Source of the DNA: Capsulimonadales bacterium
GTDB taxonomy: Bacteria > Armatimonadota > Armatimonadia > Armatimonadales > Armatimonadaceae
NCBI GenBank assembly: GCA_033762295.1
Contig: JANRLW010000048.1
Span: 1 to 39,034 of the forward strand
Length of the DNA: 39,034 nucleotides
Direction of reading: 5' to 3'
Position numbers and translations under genes: made by a program. The notes under the pieces were generated by a model. The model did no database searches, had not been told where the DNA came from, and saw only the letters and a program-made list of their open reading frames with translations. This document shows positions 1 through 8,743 of this stretch, one piece after another. Numbering within the stretch: the first letter of the stretch is position 1; every line of letters starts with the position of its first letter.

Positions 1-1193
1 ACGCCACCCCGGCCAGCACTTCGAATATTCTGCTCTGGGATAACGTCGGCGGCGGCGACGGAGCAGGCTGCGTCATCAACCCGCTCAACCCGGATATCCA
101 GTACTGCAGTTCGCAGGAGCAGGTCCTGTACCGCACGACGAACAACTGGAACAACATCAGTTCGATCACCCCGAACTGGGGTTCGGACACGAAGCCGTTC
201 ATCGGCGTCATCGCCCTCGATCCGTCGTCGCCCAACCTCCTCTATGCCGGTACGAACTATCTCTGGCAGTATAACGCCACCAACAATACGTGGACGTCCC
301 GGTTGGGCAACCGGACGCTGGCGGGCTCCGGGGAGACGGTAACGGCGATCGATGTCGCGCCGACGAACGGACAGCGCCTCTACACCGGTTCTTCCGACGG
401 ACAGTTCTGGACGACGAGCAACCGGGGTTCGACCTGGACCCGCCTGGACGCCTCGCCGCTGCCGGTACGGGCCATCACCGCGCTGAACGTCCACCCGACC
501 AACGATCGCGAGGTCCTGATCGGGCTTTCGGGCACCGGCAGCAGCCATCTGTACCGCGCGTCGATCAGCGCCGGCGGCGCGGTGACCTTCACCAATATCA
601 GCGGAACCGGCGCGACCGGTCTCCCGGACTTCCCGCTGAACTCGATCACCCGCGACCCGAGCGACCCGGCGAACAGGATTTATGTGGCGACCGATGGCGG
701 CGTCTTCTTCACGTCGAACGGCGGCACGACCTGGTCGAACGCGACGGCTCCCCTCGGTCTGCCCAACGTCCAGTGCAACGAGATCAAGTACGTACCGGGG
801 ACCGGGTACCTGAACGTCGCGACGTTCGGGCGCGGTATGTGGCGACTCCCCCTCCCCAGTCTGACCGCGTCTCCGTCTCCCTCCCTGCGTCTGCAGAAGG
901 TCACGACGCACGTCGGCGGACAGTACCAGGTGCGGCTGACCATTACCAACGGTGGCGGTCCGGCTGCGAACGTCCGGATCACGTCGGCCACGCTGAAGGC
1001 GGGAACCACGACGCGCAACGCCGGCGAAACGATGCCGATCACGGTGGGCGCGATCGCTTCGGGGCAGGCGGTCAACCGGACCGTCACGTTCACCGACACC
1101 GGCCTCCCGGTCGGGACGGCGGCGGTGCTGACCGTCACCGGGACCTACTCCGGCGGCGTCTTCAACTACTCGTCCCGCGTCACTCTGCCGTGA
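1..1193 (+). CDS. Secreted BNR/VPS10-type beta-propeller protein (glycosyl-hydrolase-like) with C-terminal Ig-like domain; 5' end lies outside the window
   Basis: Frame is open from position 3 (ATPASTSNILLWDNVGGGDGAG...) into the 303..1193 ORF. Contains a GGDG motif, Asp-box-like repeats (TSNRGSTW, TSNGGTTW), YVATDGGVF and ATFGRGMW, then a ~100-aa beta-rich tail. Confidence 0.75.
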   Translation, partial: ATPASTSNILLWDNVGGGDGAGCVINPLNPDIQYCSSQEQVLYRTTNNWNNISSITPNWGSDTKPFIGVIALDPSSPNLLYAGTNYLWQYNATNNTWTSRLGNRTLAGSGETVTAIDVAPTNGQRLYTGSSDGQFWTTSNRGSTWTRLDASPLPVRAITALNVHPTNDREVLIGLSGTGSSHLYRASISAGGAVTFTNISGTGATGLPDFPLNSITRDPSDPANRIYVATDGGVFFTSNGGTTWSNATAPLGLPNVQCNEIKYVPGTGYLNVATFGRGMWRLPLPSLTASPSPSLRLQKVTTHVGGQYQVRLTITNGGGPAANVRITSATLKAGTTTRNAGETMPITVGAIASGQAVNRTVTFTDTGLPVGTAAVLTVTGTYSGGVFNYSSRVTLP

Positions 1194-1326
1194 CGCGGGC
1201 GGCCGCCCATTTCCCGGAAATTTTCTGACATTCCCTGTTTGAATGAACGTCCAAGCTCACGAGAGGAGTCTCGGTTTGCGCCCGGGTCAACGTCGCGATG
1301 GCTGTCGGACGAATGAGGTACATGCG

Positions 1327-1869
1327 ATGTTTCGACCCGTTCACGCGCGGCATTTCCTGGCGCGGTTTGTGTTCTCCGTCACTCTGCTGCTCACTCTGCC
1401 CGTTCTGGCGCAGGCGCAGTTGTCCTTCTCGCTGGTTTCGGATTTCCTGGAAGGAACGCCGAACAGCACCCTGACCTTTACCGGGTCGCTCACCAACAAC
1501 TACAACAGCCGACTCTATCTGAACTCCCTGGCCGGACAGTTCAGCAGCGCGTCCGGCGACGTTACCGTGGACACCGCCTCCTTCTTCGATTACGCGCCCG
1601 TCTTTCTGGAAGCCGGACAGACCTACAACGGCAATATCTTCGATGTTTTGATCGCTCCGACCGCGACGACCGGACAGACGTACGACGGCCAGGTCCTGAT
1701 CCTGGGTGGTTTCGCGATCGATGAGGAGGTGCCGCAGGCGTTCCGCGATATCCTGGTGCAGGTCAATGCCATCACCGTTCTGCCCGAACCCGCGACCGGG
1801 GCACTGGCTCTCCCGCTGCTGGGCGCGATCACGATCCTGCGCCGACGGTTCCGCGCCGGGTCACGGTAA
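1327..1869 (+). CDS. PEP-CTERM sorting-domain surface protein
   Basis: Signal peptide ending in AQA. C-terminus VLPEPATGALALPLLGAITILRRRFR has PEP, a hydrophobic helix and an Arg cluster. GAGG lies upstream of the ATG at 1327. Confidence 0.85.
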   Translation: MFRPVHARHFLARFVFSVTLLLTLPVLAQAQLSFSLVSDFLEGTPNSTLTFTGSLTNNYNSRLYLNSLAGQFSSASGDVTVDTASFFDYAPVFLEAGQTYNGNIFDVLIAPTATTGQTYDGQVLILGGFAIDEEVPQAFRDILVQVNAITVLPEPATGALALPLLGAITILRRRFRAGSR

Positions 1870-1920
1870 ACGCTCCGTTCTCCCGTTTCCGCACGGCGGA
1901 ACGGCGGCGCAGTTCTGCCG

Positions 1921-1926
1921 TATAAT
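1921..1926 (+). promoter_or_regulatory. -10 element TATAAT for a probably leaderless mutS transcript
   Basis: Perfect TATAAT 6 nt before the mutS ATG, with no Shine-Dalgarno sequence. Confidence 0.65.
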
Positions 1927-1932
1927 ATCGCC

Positions 1933-4563
1933 ATGCCCTCCGTGCCCCTTGAAAAACTGACTCCCATGCTCCGCCAGTACGTGCAGATGAAGGAGGAGCG
2001 TCCCGACGTTCTCCTTCTGATGCGGGTCGGCGACTTCTTCGAGGCGTACGGCGACGACGCCGAGCTGATCGCCCGCGAACTCAATATCACCCTCACCGGG
2101 CGGGAGATCCAGGGAATGGCCGAACGCTACCCGATGGCCGGCGTTCCGCACCATGCTCTCGAACGCTACCTCGCGCGGCTCGTCAAGCGCGGCCACAAGG
2201 TCGCCGTCTGCGATCAGGTGGAGGACCCCAAGCAGGCCAAGGGTCTGGTCAAACGGCAGGTCACGCGCGTCGTCACTCCCGGTACGCTGGTCGAGGACGC
2301 CCTGCTCGACGCTCGCTCCAACAACTATCTGGTCGCCGCCGTTCTCGGTTCGCCCGGTCCCCGGTTGCTTTGCGGCGTCGGGGTCATCGATGTCTCCACC
2401 GGCGAATTTCTGGTCACCGAACTGACCGAAGGGGCGCACCTGGGACGGGTACTGGAGGAGATCAACCGGCTGAACCCCTCGGAATGCCTGGTTCCGGAGG
2501 ATATGGAGGATCTGGCGGAAGCGATCCGGGGGGCCTGTCCGGCGACGCTCACCCGGATCGGTCGTCGGGACCTGCCCCGGTCGGCCTATGATTTTCTGCT
2601 CGACCATTTCGGCACCGCGACCCTGCGCGGATTCGGCTGCGACGACTACACCGCCGGACTCGACGCCGCCGCCGCCCTGCTCGTTTATGTCAAATCCACC
2701 CATATGTCGGCGGTCCCTCACATTCGGACCCTGGCGACCTACTCCGCCGGGGACGGGATGGCGCTGGACGCCCCGACCCGACGAAACCTGGAACTGACGC
2801 AGGGCATTTACGACCATGCGCGCGGCAAGTCCCTGCTGGCGGTCCTCGATCAAACGCTGACCTCGATGGGCGGTCGTCTGCTGAAAAAGTGGCTGGACTC
2901 GCCGTTGCTGTCCGTCGAACGTATCGAACGTCGGCTGGACGCGGTGGAAGCGTTCTTCGAAGACCCGATCGTCCGTGGCGACGTCCGGGATACGTTGCGG
3001 GTGGTCGCGGATCTGGAACGCCTGATCGCCCGTATCTCCACCGGCACCGCCAACGCTCGCGACCTGGTCGCCCTGCGCCTTTCGCTGCTCCAGGTTCCCG
3101 AAGTGGCCGAACGCGCCGCGACGATCGACAACGAGGCGATCCGCTCGCTCTGCGTCGAACTCGACCCCCTGACCGAGGTGACGGACCTGATCGGACGCGC
3201 CATCGCCGCGGAACCGCCGCTCTCCGTGCGGGAGGGCGGCCTGATCCGCGACGGGTACGACGCCGAACTCGACGAACTGCGCGGGCTGTCCCGGGGCGGG
3301 AAGTCGTGGATCGCCGAACGGGAGATGCAGGAACGGGAGCGAACCGGCATCAAATCGCTGAAGGTCGGTTTCAACTCCGTCTTCGGCTACTACATCGAAG
3401 TGACCAGAGCCAACCTGTCGCTCGTCCCGAAGGACTACATCCGGAAGCAGACGACCGCACAGGGCGAACGCTATATCACGCCCGACCTCAAGGAGATGGA
3501 GGCCCGTATTCTGGGCGCGGAGGAGAAGAGCACCGCGCGGGAGTACGACCTGTTCTGCGGCGTTCGCGATGCGGTCGCCGCCCTCGCCCCGGCGGTGCTG
3601 CAGGTCGCGCAGGCGATCGCTCGAATCGATGTCGTCGCCGCTCTGGCGGAGGTCGCCGCGACCAACCGCTATGTCCGTCCGGTCGTCGATACCGGCTCCG
3701 TCCTGGAAATCAAGGCCGGTCGGCATCCGGTCGTGGAAAAGCTCGCCGAAGGCGCGGTGTTCATTCCCAACGATACGCTTCTTGATGATGGCCCGAATCA
3801 GGTACATGTCATCACCGGACCGAACTCCTCGGGAAAATCCACCGTCCTGCGACAGGTCGCGCTGATCACGCTGCTCGCCCAGGTCGGTTCGTTCGTCCCG
3901 GCGGATGCCGCGCGCATCGGAATCGTCGATCGCATCTTCACCCGGGTCGGGGCGCATGACGACCTGGCCGCAGGGCAATCGACATTCATGGTCGAAATGA
4001 CCGAGACCGCCAATATCCTGAACAATGCCACCGAACGCAGTCTGGTCATCCTCGATGAGATCGGGCGCGGCACCTCGACCTTCGACGGCGTTTCGATCGC
4101 CTGGGCGGTGGCCGAATTCCTTGCCGGACGCGGCTGCAAGACGCTGTTCGCCACCCACTACCATCTCCTGAACGATCTGGAAAAATCGCATCCCAATGTC
4201 CGCAACTTCCGGATCGCGGTCAAGGAGACCAACGACCGGATCATCTGGCTTCGTAAGATCGTCGCCGGAGGAACCGACAAGAGCTACGGTATCCAGGTCG
4301 CGCGGATGGCCGGTCTCCCCCCGGAGGTCGTCGCGCGCGCCGGAGAGATCCTGACCGACCTGGAGCGGAACGACCGGGCCAAACGCGACCTGGCGCGACA
4401 CGCCTCCGTTTCCGCGCGGACGCAAAAGATGCAGATGACGCTGTTCGAAGCCGAACCGCACCCGGTACTGGAACGCCTCAAAACGCTCGACCTGACCGTT
4501 CTCTCCCCGATCGAAGCCCTCAACCTCCTGTACGGGATGCAGCGAGAGATCAAAGAGAAGTGA
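1933..4563 (+). CDS. mutS: DNA mismatch repair protein MutS (MutS1)
   Basis: N-terminal TPMLRQY...GDFFE mismatch-binding motif, Walker A TGPNSSGKST, STFMVEM, ILDEIGRGTS, FATHY, SYGIQVA, and C-terminal clamp-binding-like QMTLF; 876 aa. Confidence 0.98.
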   Translation: MPSVPLEKLTPMLRQYVQMKEERPDVLLLMRVGDFFEAYGDDAELIARELNITLTGREIQGMAERYPMAGVPHHALERYLARLVKRGHKVAVCDQVEDPKQAKGLVKRQVTRVVTPGTLVEDALLDARSNNYLVAAVLGSPGPRLLCGVGVIDVSTGEFLVTELTEGAHLGRVLEEINRLNPSECLVPEDMEDLAEAIRGACPATLTRIGRRDLPRSAYDFLLDHFGTATLRGFGCDDYTAGLDAAAALLVYVKSTHMSAVPHIRTLATYSAGDGMALDAPTRRNLELTQGIYDHARGKSLLAVLDQTLTSMGGRLLKKWLDSPLLSVERIERRLDAVEAFFEDPIVRGDVRDTLRVVADLERLIARISTGTANARDLVALRLSLLQVPEVAERAATIDNEAIRSLCVELDPLTEVTDLIGRAIAAEPPLSVREGGLIRDGYDAELDELRGLSRGGKSWIAEREMQERERTGIKSLKVGFNSVFGYYIEVTRANLSLVPKDYIRKQTTAQGERYITPDLKEMEARILGAEEKSTAREYDLFCGVRDAVAALAPAVLQVAQAIARIDVVAALAEVAATNRYVRPVVDTGSVLEIKAGRHPVVEKLAEGAVFIPNDTLLDDGPNQVHVITGPNSSGKSTVLRQVALITLLAQVGSFVPADAARIGIVDRIFTRVGAHDDLAAGQSTFMVEMTETANILNNATERSLVILDEIGRGTSTFDGVSIAWAVAEFLAGRGCKTLFATHYHLLNDLEKSHPNVRNFRIAVKETNDRIIWLRKIVAGGTDKSYGIQVARMAGLPPEVVARAGEILTDLERNDRAKRDLARHASVSARTQKMQMTLFEAEPHPVLERLKTLDLTVLSPIEALNLLYGMQREIKEK

Positions 4564-4755
4564 CCGCCGGGTCTGCGGATGCCCCGGCGTCCGCAGCATC
4601 CGTGGCGTCCGTGGCGCGTTTCGTGAGAGGTTCCGGCAGGGTCCGGAAGGAGGGAACCCGACCGTCGTGGAAATCTGTAACCGGATTCCCGCAGGGTCCG
4701 GGGCGCATCCCGACCGGTCGGGACGATTTTCGGAAGCGGATAGGATGATACGACG

Positions 4756-6141
4756 ATGTTGCAAGGCGTTGAGCGTTTGGTGGACCTGGTGGGCTTTCGG
4801 CAGGAAGCGTTGAGAACCGGAGCGGAACTTCCGGCGGCGATCCGGGAGGGCGATATCGAGGCGTTGAGCCGGAGCGCGGGGCATTTCGCCGGCACGGCGC
4901 GGGACGGGCAGACGGTTCGGCTGGCGCGGACGATCGGCCTGCCGTTGCGGTATTTTGTCGCCAAGATGTTCCATGGGCCGTTCCTGGTGGTCGCGGACCG
5001 GATCGATACCCTGTACGCATGGTGTCAGCAGGAAAAGATCGGCTGGCAGTTCGACCCGCTGTACACCCGGATGGTCCCGGCGCACTACCTGATCGAGATT
5101 GATCAGATCGGCTGTCCCGACCCGTCGCCGCGTTACCATCGCTTCTTCAACCCGCCGGTGGCCGAAGGCTCGACGGATATCGAGCCGCTGGGCGCGGCCT
5201 ATGCCCGGGCAACCGTCGATGCCCTCACCCGATGGATTTCCGGCGTTCCGGACGGCGAACCGATCGCCGTCGCCTTCTCCGGCGGCATCGATAGTACCTC
5301 CGTCCTGTTGCTCGCCCGCCATGTCCTGACGACCCTCGGACGGGACCCCGGTTGCCTGCGGGCGTTCACGCTCGATCTGGGCGGCGGAGCGGATGTCCGT
5401 CAGGCGGAAGCCGTCGTCCGCGAACTCGGTCTGGCCGATCAATGGGAGGTCATCGCCCCGCCGAACGCCCGTGTCGATCCGGAGGAAGCCATCCGGGTCA
5501 TCGAGGACTACCACCCGCTCGATGTCGAGTGCGCGGCGGTCGCTCTGTGCCTCCTTCGCGGAATTCGCGAAACATATCCGAACCTGAAGTACCTCCTCGA
5601 CGGCGACGGCGGCGACGAAAACCTGAAGGACTACCCGCTGGAGGACTCGGACCTGACCCTGTCGAGCGTCCTCCGCAACCCGTTCCTCTATCAGGAGGGG
5701 TGGGGGATCGACGCGATCAAGCATAGTCAGACCTATTCCGGCGGTTTGTCCCGCGCCTATGTCCGAACGTACGCCCCGGCCCGTCGTTTCGGCTTCGACG
5801 CCTTCTCCCCGTACACCGACCGCGCCGCCATCGCGGCCGCGGTGGCGATCCCCTTTGAGACGGTTCTGAACGGAAGCGTCGAACGGCTCTACACGCTGAA
5901 GGCCGACGTGGTCCGCGCCGGAGTGGAGCAGGTGACCGGCATCACGATGCCGACCCCGGTCAAACGCCGGTTCCAGGACGGGGTCGGCGGCGCCTCGTAC
6001 CGCCAGTGGCGTGTCAGCAAGGCGTGGTGCCGACAGGTGTTCCTACGCCAGTGGGAGGAGCGACTGCGGGTGGCATGGGACCCGCAGGGCGAACGGCTCT
6101 CCGGCAACGATCTGTCCCGCCCGATCCCCACCGCCCGATGA
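4756..6141 (+). CDS. Asparagine synthetase-like ATP-dependent ligase (PP-loop) with degenerate N-terminal glutaminase region
   Basis: AFSGGIDS PP-loop and LDGDGGDE (cf. SGEGADE of AsnB), late SPY and KRRFQDG motifs. No N-terminal Cys nucleophile. Confidence 0.85.
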   Translation: MLQGVERLVDLVGFRQEALRTGAELPAAIREGDIEALSRSAGHFAGTARDGQTVRLARTIGLPLRYFVAKMFHGPFLVVADRIDTLYAWCQQEKIGWQFDPLYTRMVPAHYLIEIDQIGCPDPSPRYHRFFNPPVAEGSTDIEPLGAAYARATVDALTRWISGVPDGEPIAVAFSGGIDSTSVLLLARHVLTTLGRDPGCLRAFTLDLGGGADVRQAEAVVRELGLADQWEVIAPPNARVDPEEAIRVIEDYHPLDVECAAVALCLLRGIRETYPNLKYLLDGDGGDENLKDYPLEDSDLTLSSVLRNPFLYQEGWGIDAIKHSQTYSGGLSRAYVRTYAPARRFGFDAFSPYTDRAAIAAAVAIPFETVLNGSVERLYTLKADVVRAGVEQVTGITMPTPVKRRFQDGVGGASYRQWRVSKAWCRQVFLRQWEERLRVAWDPQGERLSGNDLSRPIPTAR

Positions 6142-7142
6142 ACCCGTTTCCCCGAACTCCGCTCCCTCTGTTGCCGTCGCGGGTCTACCCGACACAACCG
6201 GGGGCGCGGTCCCACTGGATCGAGACGCTACGCGGTCCGAAGAACGTGGTCAACGCCTCCCTGCCATACGCCTATCTCTGGGAGGAGGAGACCGGTCCGG
6301 ACGGATCGCCCGTCGCCACGGCGACCGTCTTTCTGACGAATCGGGAATGCCCTTACCTCTGCCTGATGTGCGACCTCTGGCGCAATACGCTGGACGAACC
6401 GGTGGCGCCGGGCGCGATCGCCGCGCAGATTCGGCTGGCACTGGCGGACCTGCCCCCTGCCCGGAACGTCAAACTGTATAACTCCGGCAGTTTTTTCGAT
6501 CCCAAAGCCATTCCGACCGGGGATTACGCGGAAATCGCCGAAGCCATCTCCGGTTTCGAGCGAGTGATCGTCGAATGCCACCCCCTTCTGATCGGCGAGC
6601 GCACCCTCACCTTTCGGGACAGGCTGAAGGGTCGACTGGAAGTCGCGATCGGACTGGAAACCGTCCATCCCGAAGCGCTGAATCGTCTTAACAAACGGTT
6701 TACCCCGGACGATTTTCGACGGGCGGCGCGTTTCCTCACGGAAAATGGGATGGATCTGCGGGTGTTCCTTCTGGTCGGCGCACCGTTTCTGAACCGGGAG
6801 GAGAGCCGATACTGGACGGAACGTTCGCTGGAGAGTGCCTTTGACGCGGGCGCGACCGTTTGCTGTCTGATTCCGGTCCGTGGCGGCAACGGCGCGATGG
6901 AAGCCCTGGCCGAAGCGGGGGAGTTTCATCCGCCGTCGCTGAACGCTCCGGAGGCCGCGCAGGAGTACGGCCTGCGTCTGAACGCCGGGCGGGTCTTCTC
7001 CGACACCTGGGATATCGAGCGGTTCTTCACCTGCCGCTGCAGCCGCGAACGGGCGCAACGGCTGGAGCAAATGAACCGGGAACAGCGTATCCCGCCACCG
7101 GTCGTCTGCTCCGTCTGCGATGAAAAGGAAGACCGGGAATGA
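6138..7142 (+). CDS. Radical SAM protein resembling the archaeosine RaSEA/TIGR01210 family
   Basis: CPYLCLMC (CxxxCxxC), KLYNSGSFFD, VIVECHP and EVAIGLET. ATG overlaps the upstream stop codon (ATGA at 6138-6141). Extra C-terminal CRC...CSVC cysteines. Confidence 0.85.
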   Translation: MNPFPRTPLPLLPSRVYPTQPGARSHWIETLRGPKNVVNASLPYAYLWEEETGPDGSPVATATVFLTNRECPYLCLMCDLWRNTLDEPVAPGAIAAQIRLALADLPPARNVKLYNSGSFFDPKAIPTGDYAEIAEAISGFERVIVECHPLLIGERTLTFRDRLKGRLEVAIGLETVHPEALNRLNKRFTPDDFRRAARFLTENGMDLRVFLLVGAPFLNREESRYWTERSLESAFDAGATVCCLIPVRGGNGAMEALAEAGEFHPPSLNAPEAAQEYGLRLNAGRVFSDTWDIERFFTCRCSRERAQRLEQMNREQRIPPPVVCSVCDEKEDRE

Positions 7143-8740
7143 CACCGGAATACGATCTGGCTGTGGTCGGTTCGGGTTTCGGCGGATCGCTGCTGGCAAT
7201 GATCGCCCGCCGTCTCGGACGAACGGTCCTGCTTCTCGAAAAGGGAAAACATCCTCGTTTCGCCATCGGCGAATCGACGTCGCCGCTCGCCAACCTGCTC
7301 ATCGAGGAGATGGCGCATCGCTACGACCTTCCGAACCTGCTGCCGCTGACCTCGTTCGGCCCGTGGCAGCGAACCTTCCCCGAGATCGTCTGCGGATTGA
7401 AGCGCGGGTTCACCTACTACGGGCAGACCGCGAACGAGGCGTATCGCGACTCCGCCGACCGCACCCGGCAGCTGCTGGTCGCGGCCAGTCCGAACGACGA
7501 ACTCGCCGACACGCACTGGCTCCGTTCGGACGTGGACGCGTTCCTGTTGCGGGAAGCGGTGGCGGCGGGCGCGGACTACCGGGACGAGGCCCACGTCGAA
7601 CCGCCGACCCGCGACGGTCGGGGGGCCTGGCTTCTGCGCTGGCGGACGGGCGGCGGAGGCGCGGAGACCGGTGCGCGCGCCCGGCTGATCGTCGATGCGA
7701 CCGGCCCGCGCGGCTGGCTCAGCCGGGCGTTCGACATCCCGGAAAAGCCGTTCTGCGACTATCCCGGAACGCAGGCTATGTTCGGGCATTTTCGCGGGGT
7801 TGCCCGCTGCGATGAGATGCCCGAATACGCGACGCCGGGCGAAACGCCGCCTTACCCGCCCGATGATGCCGCGCTGCATCATGTGTTCGACGGTGGCTGG
7901 ATGTGGGTCCTGCGCTTCGGCAACGGCGTGACCAGCGCCGGGTTCGCGCTGCGGGACGACCTGGCCGATAGGCTGGGACTGCGGGACGGCGAGGCGGGCT
8001 GGCAACGGCTGATGGAACGCTTCCCGACCGTCGGCGCGCAGTTCGCCCGGATCGAGCCGCTGTTTCCGCTGATCTACCAGCCGCGTCTCTCCTATCGCGC
8101 AGCGGGCGCAGCCGGGGACGGATGGGCGTTGCTGCCGTCCGCCGCCGCGTTCATCGATCCGCTGTTCAGCACCGGTATCCCCCTGACGCTTCTCGGCATC
8201 GAACGGCTGGCACGGATACTGGAGGCAGAAACATCGGGAAAGAACCTTGCCGGGCTGTTGACGGAGTACGGCGCGACGACACTGGCCGAGGTCGATGCGA
8301 CGGCGGACTTTATCGGGGGCTGTTACGCCGCCATGCACCGGTTCCCCCTCTTCGCCGCCTATTCCCGGTTCTACTTCGCCGCCGCCAGTTTCAGCGAAAT
8401 GACGCGCCGCCTGGGGAAGCGGGTGCCGGTCGGACGGTTTCTGGCCTCCGATCACCCGACCTTCGGCGCGGCGCTGCGCGAGGGTTCCCGCTGGCTCCGG
8501 CAGCACGGACGAACGGCGGACGAGTCGGAGCGGGCGGCGTTCGACCGATGGGTGAATCAATCCGTCGACGTCCTGAATATCGCCGGTCTGTGCGCTCCGG
8601 GGAAACGCAACTGGTACGGCGTCGATCTGGCGGACGTGGTCACCGGGGCGCACAAACTCGGTTTCACGCCGGAAGAGATGCGGGCCGTGCTCGCCGACGC
8701 CCCCTGGACCGGCGGCGGTCCCCTTCCGGCCGGACCCTGA
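7139..8740 (+). CDS. Flavin-dependent halogenase (tryptophan-halogenase superfamily)
   Basis: VVGSGFGG FAD motif, HPRFAIGES, candidate catalytic Lys in GLKRGF, DATG, WMWVL (WxWxI-type motif) and FIDPLFSTG. ATGA overlap with the radical SAM gene. Confidence 0.85.
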   Translation: MTPEYDLAVVGSGFGGSLLAMIARRLGRTVLLLEKGKHPRFAIGESTSPLANLLIEEMAHRYDLPNLLPLTSFGPWQRTFPEIVCGLKRGFTYYGQTANEAYRDSADRTRQLLVAASPNDELADTHWLRSDVDAFLLREAVAAGADYRDEAHVEPPTRDGRGAWLLRWRTGGGGAETGARARLIVDATGPRGWLSRAFDIPEKPFCDYPGTQAMFGHFRGVARCDEMPEYATPGETPPYPPDDAALHHVFDGGWMWVLRFGNGVTSAGFALRDDLADRLGLRDGEAGWQRLMERFPTVGAQFARIEPLFPLIYQPRLSYRAAGAAGDGWALLPSAAAFIDPLFSTGIPLTLLGIERLARILEAETSGKNLAGLLTEYGATTLAEVDATADFIGGCYAAMHRFPLFAAYSRFYFAAASFSEMTRRLGKRVPVGRFLASDHPTFGAALREGSRWLRQHGRTADESERAAFDRWVNQSVDVLNIAGLCAPGKRNWYGVDLADVVTGAHKLGFTPEEMRAVLADAPWTGGGPLPAGP

Positions 8741-8743
8741 CGG

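Noticed and set aside
1243..1326. Longer N-terminus for the PEP-CTERM gene, or a riboswitch in its leader
   Set aside because: The signal peptide and RBS fit the ATG at 1327. Only a short CGAGA/TCTCG hairpin is present, with no recognisable aptamer.
4560..4748. 62-aa ORF as a RiPP or lasso precursor for the ligase/radical SAM/halogenase operon
   Set aside because: No lasso leader pattern, and no RRE or leader peptidase nearby; its composition looks like translated intergenic GC-rich DNA.
1861..5724. 1287-aa minus-strand ORF
   Set aside because: Antisense shadow of mutS and the ligase gene, a common artefact of high-GC codon usage; no motifs.
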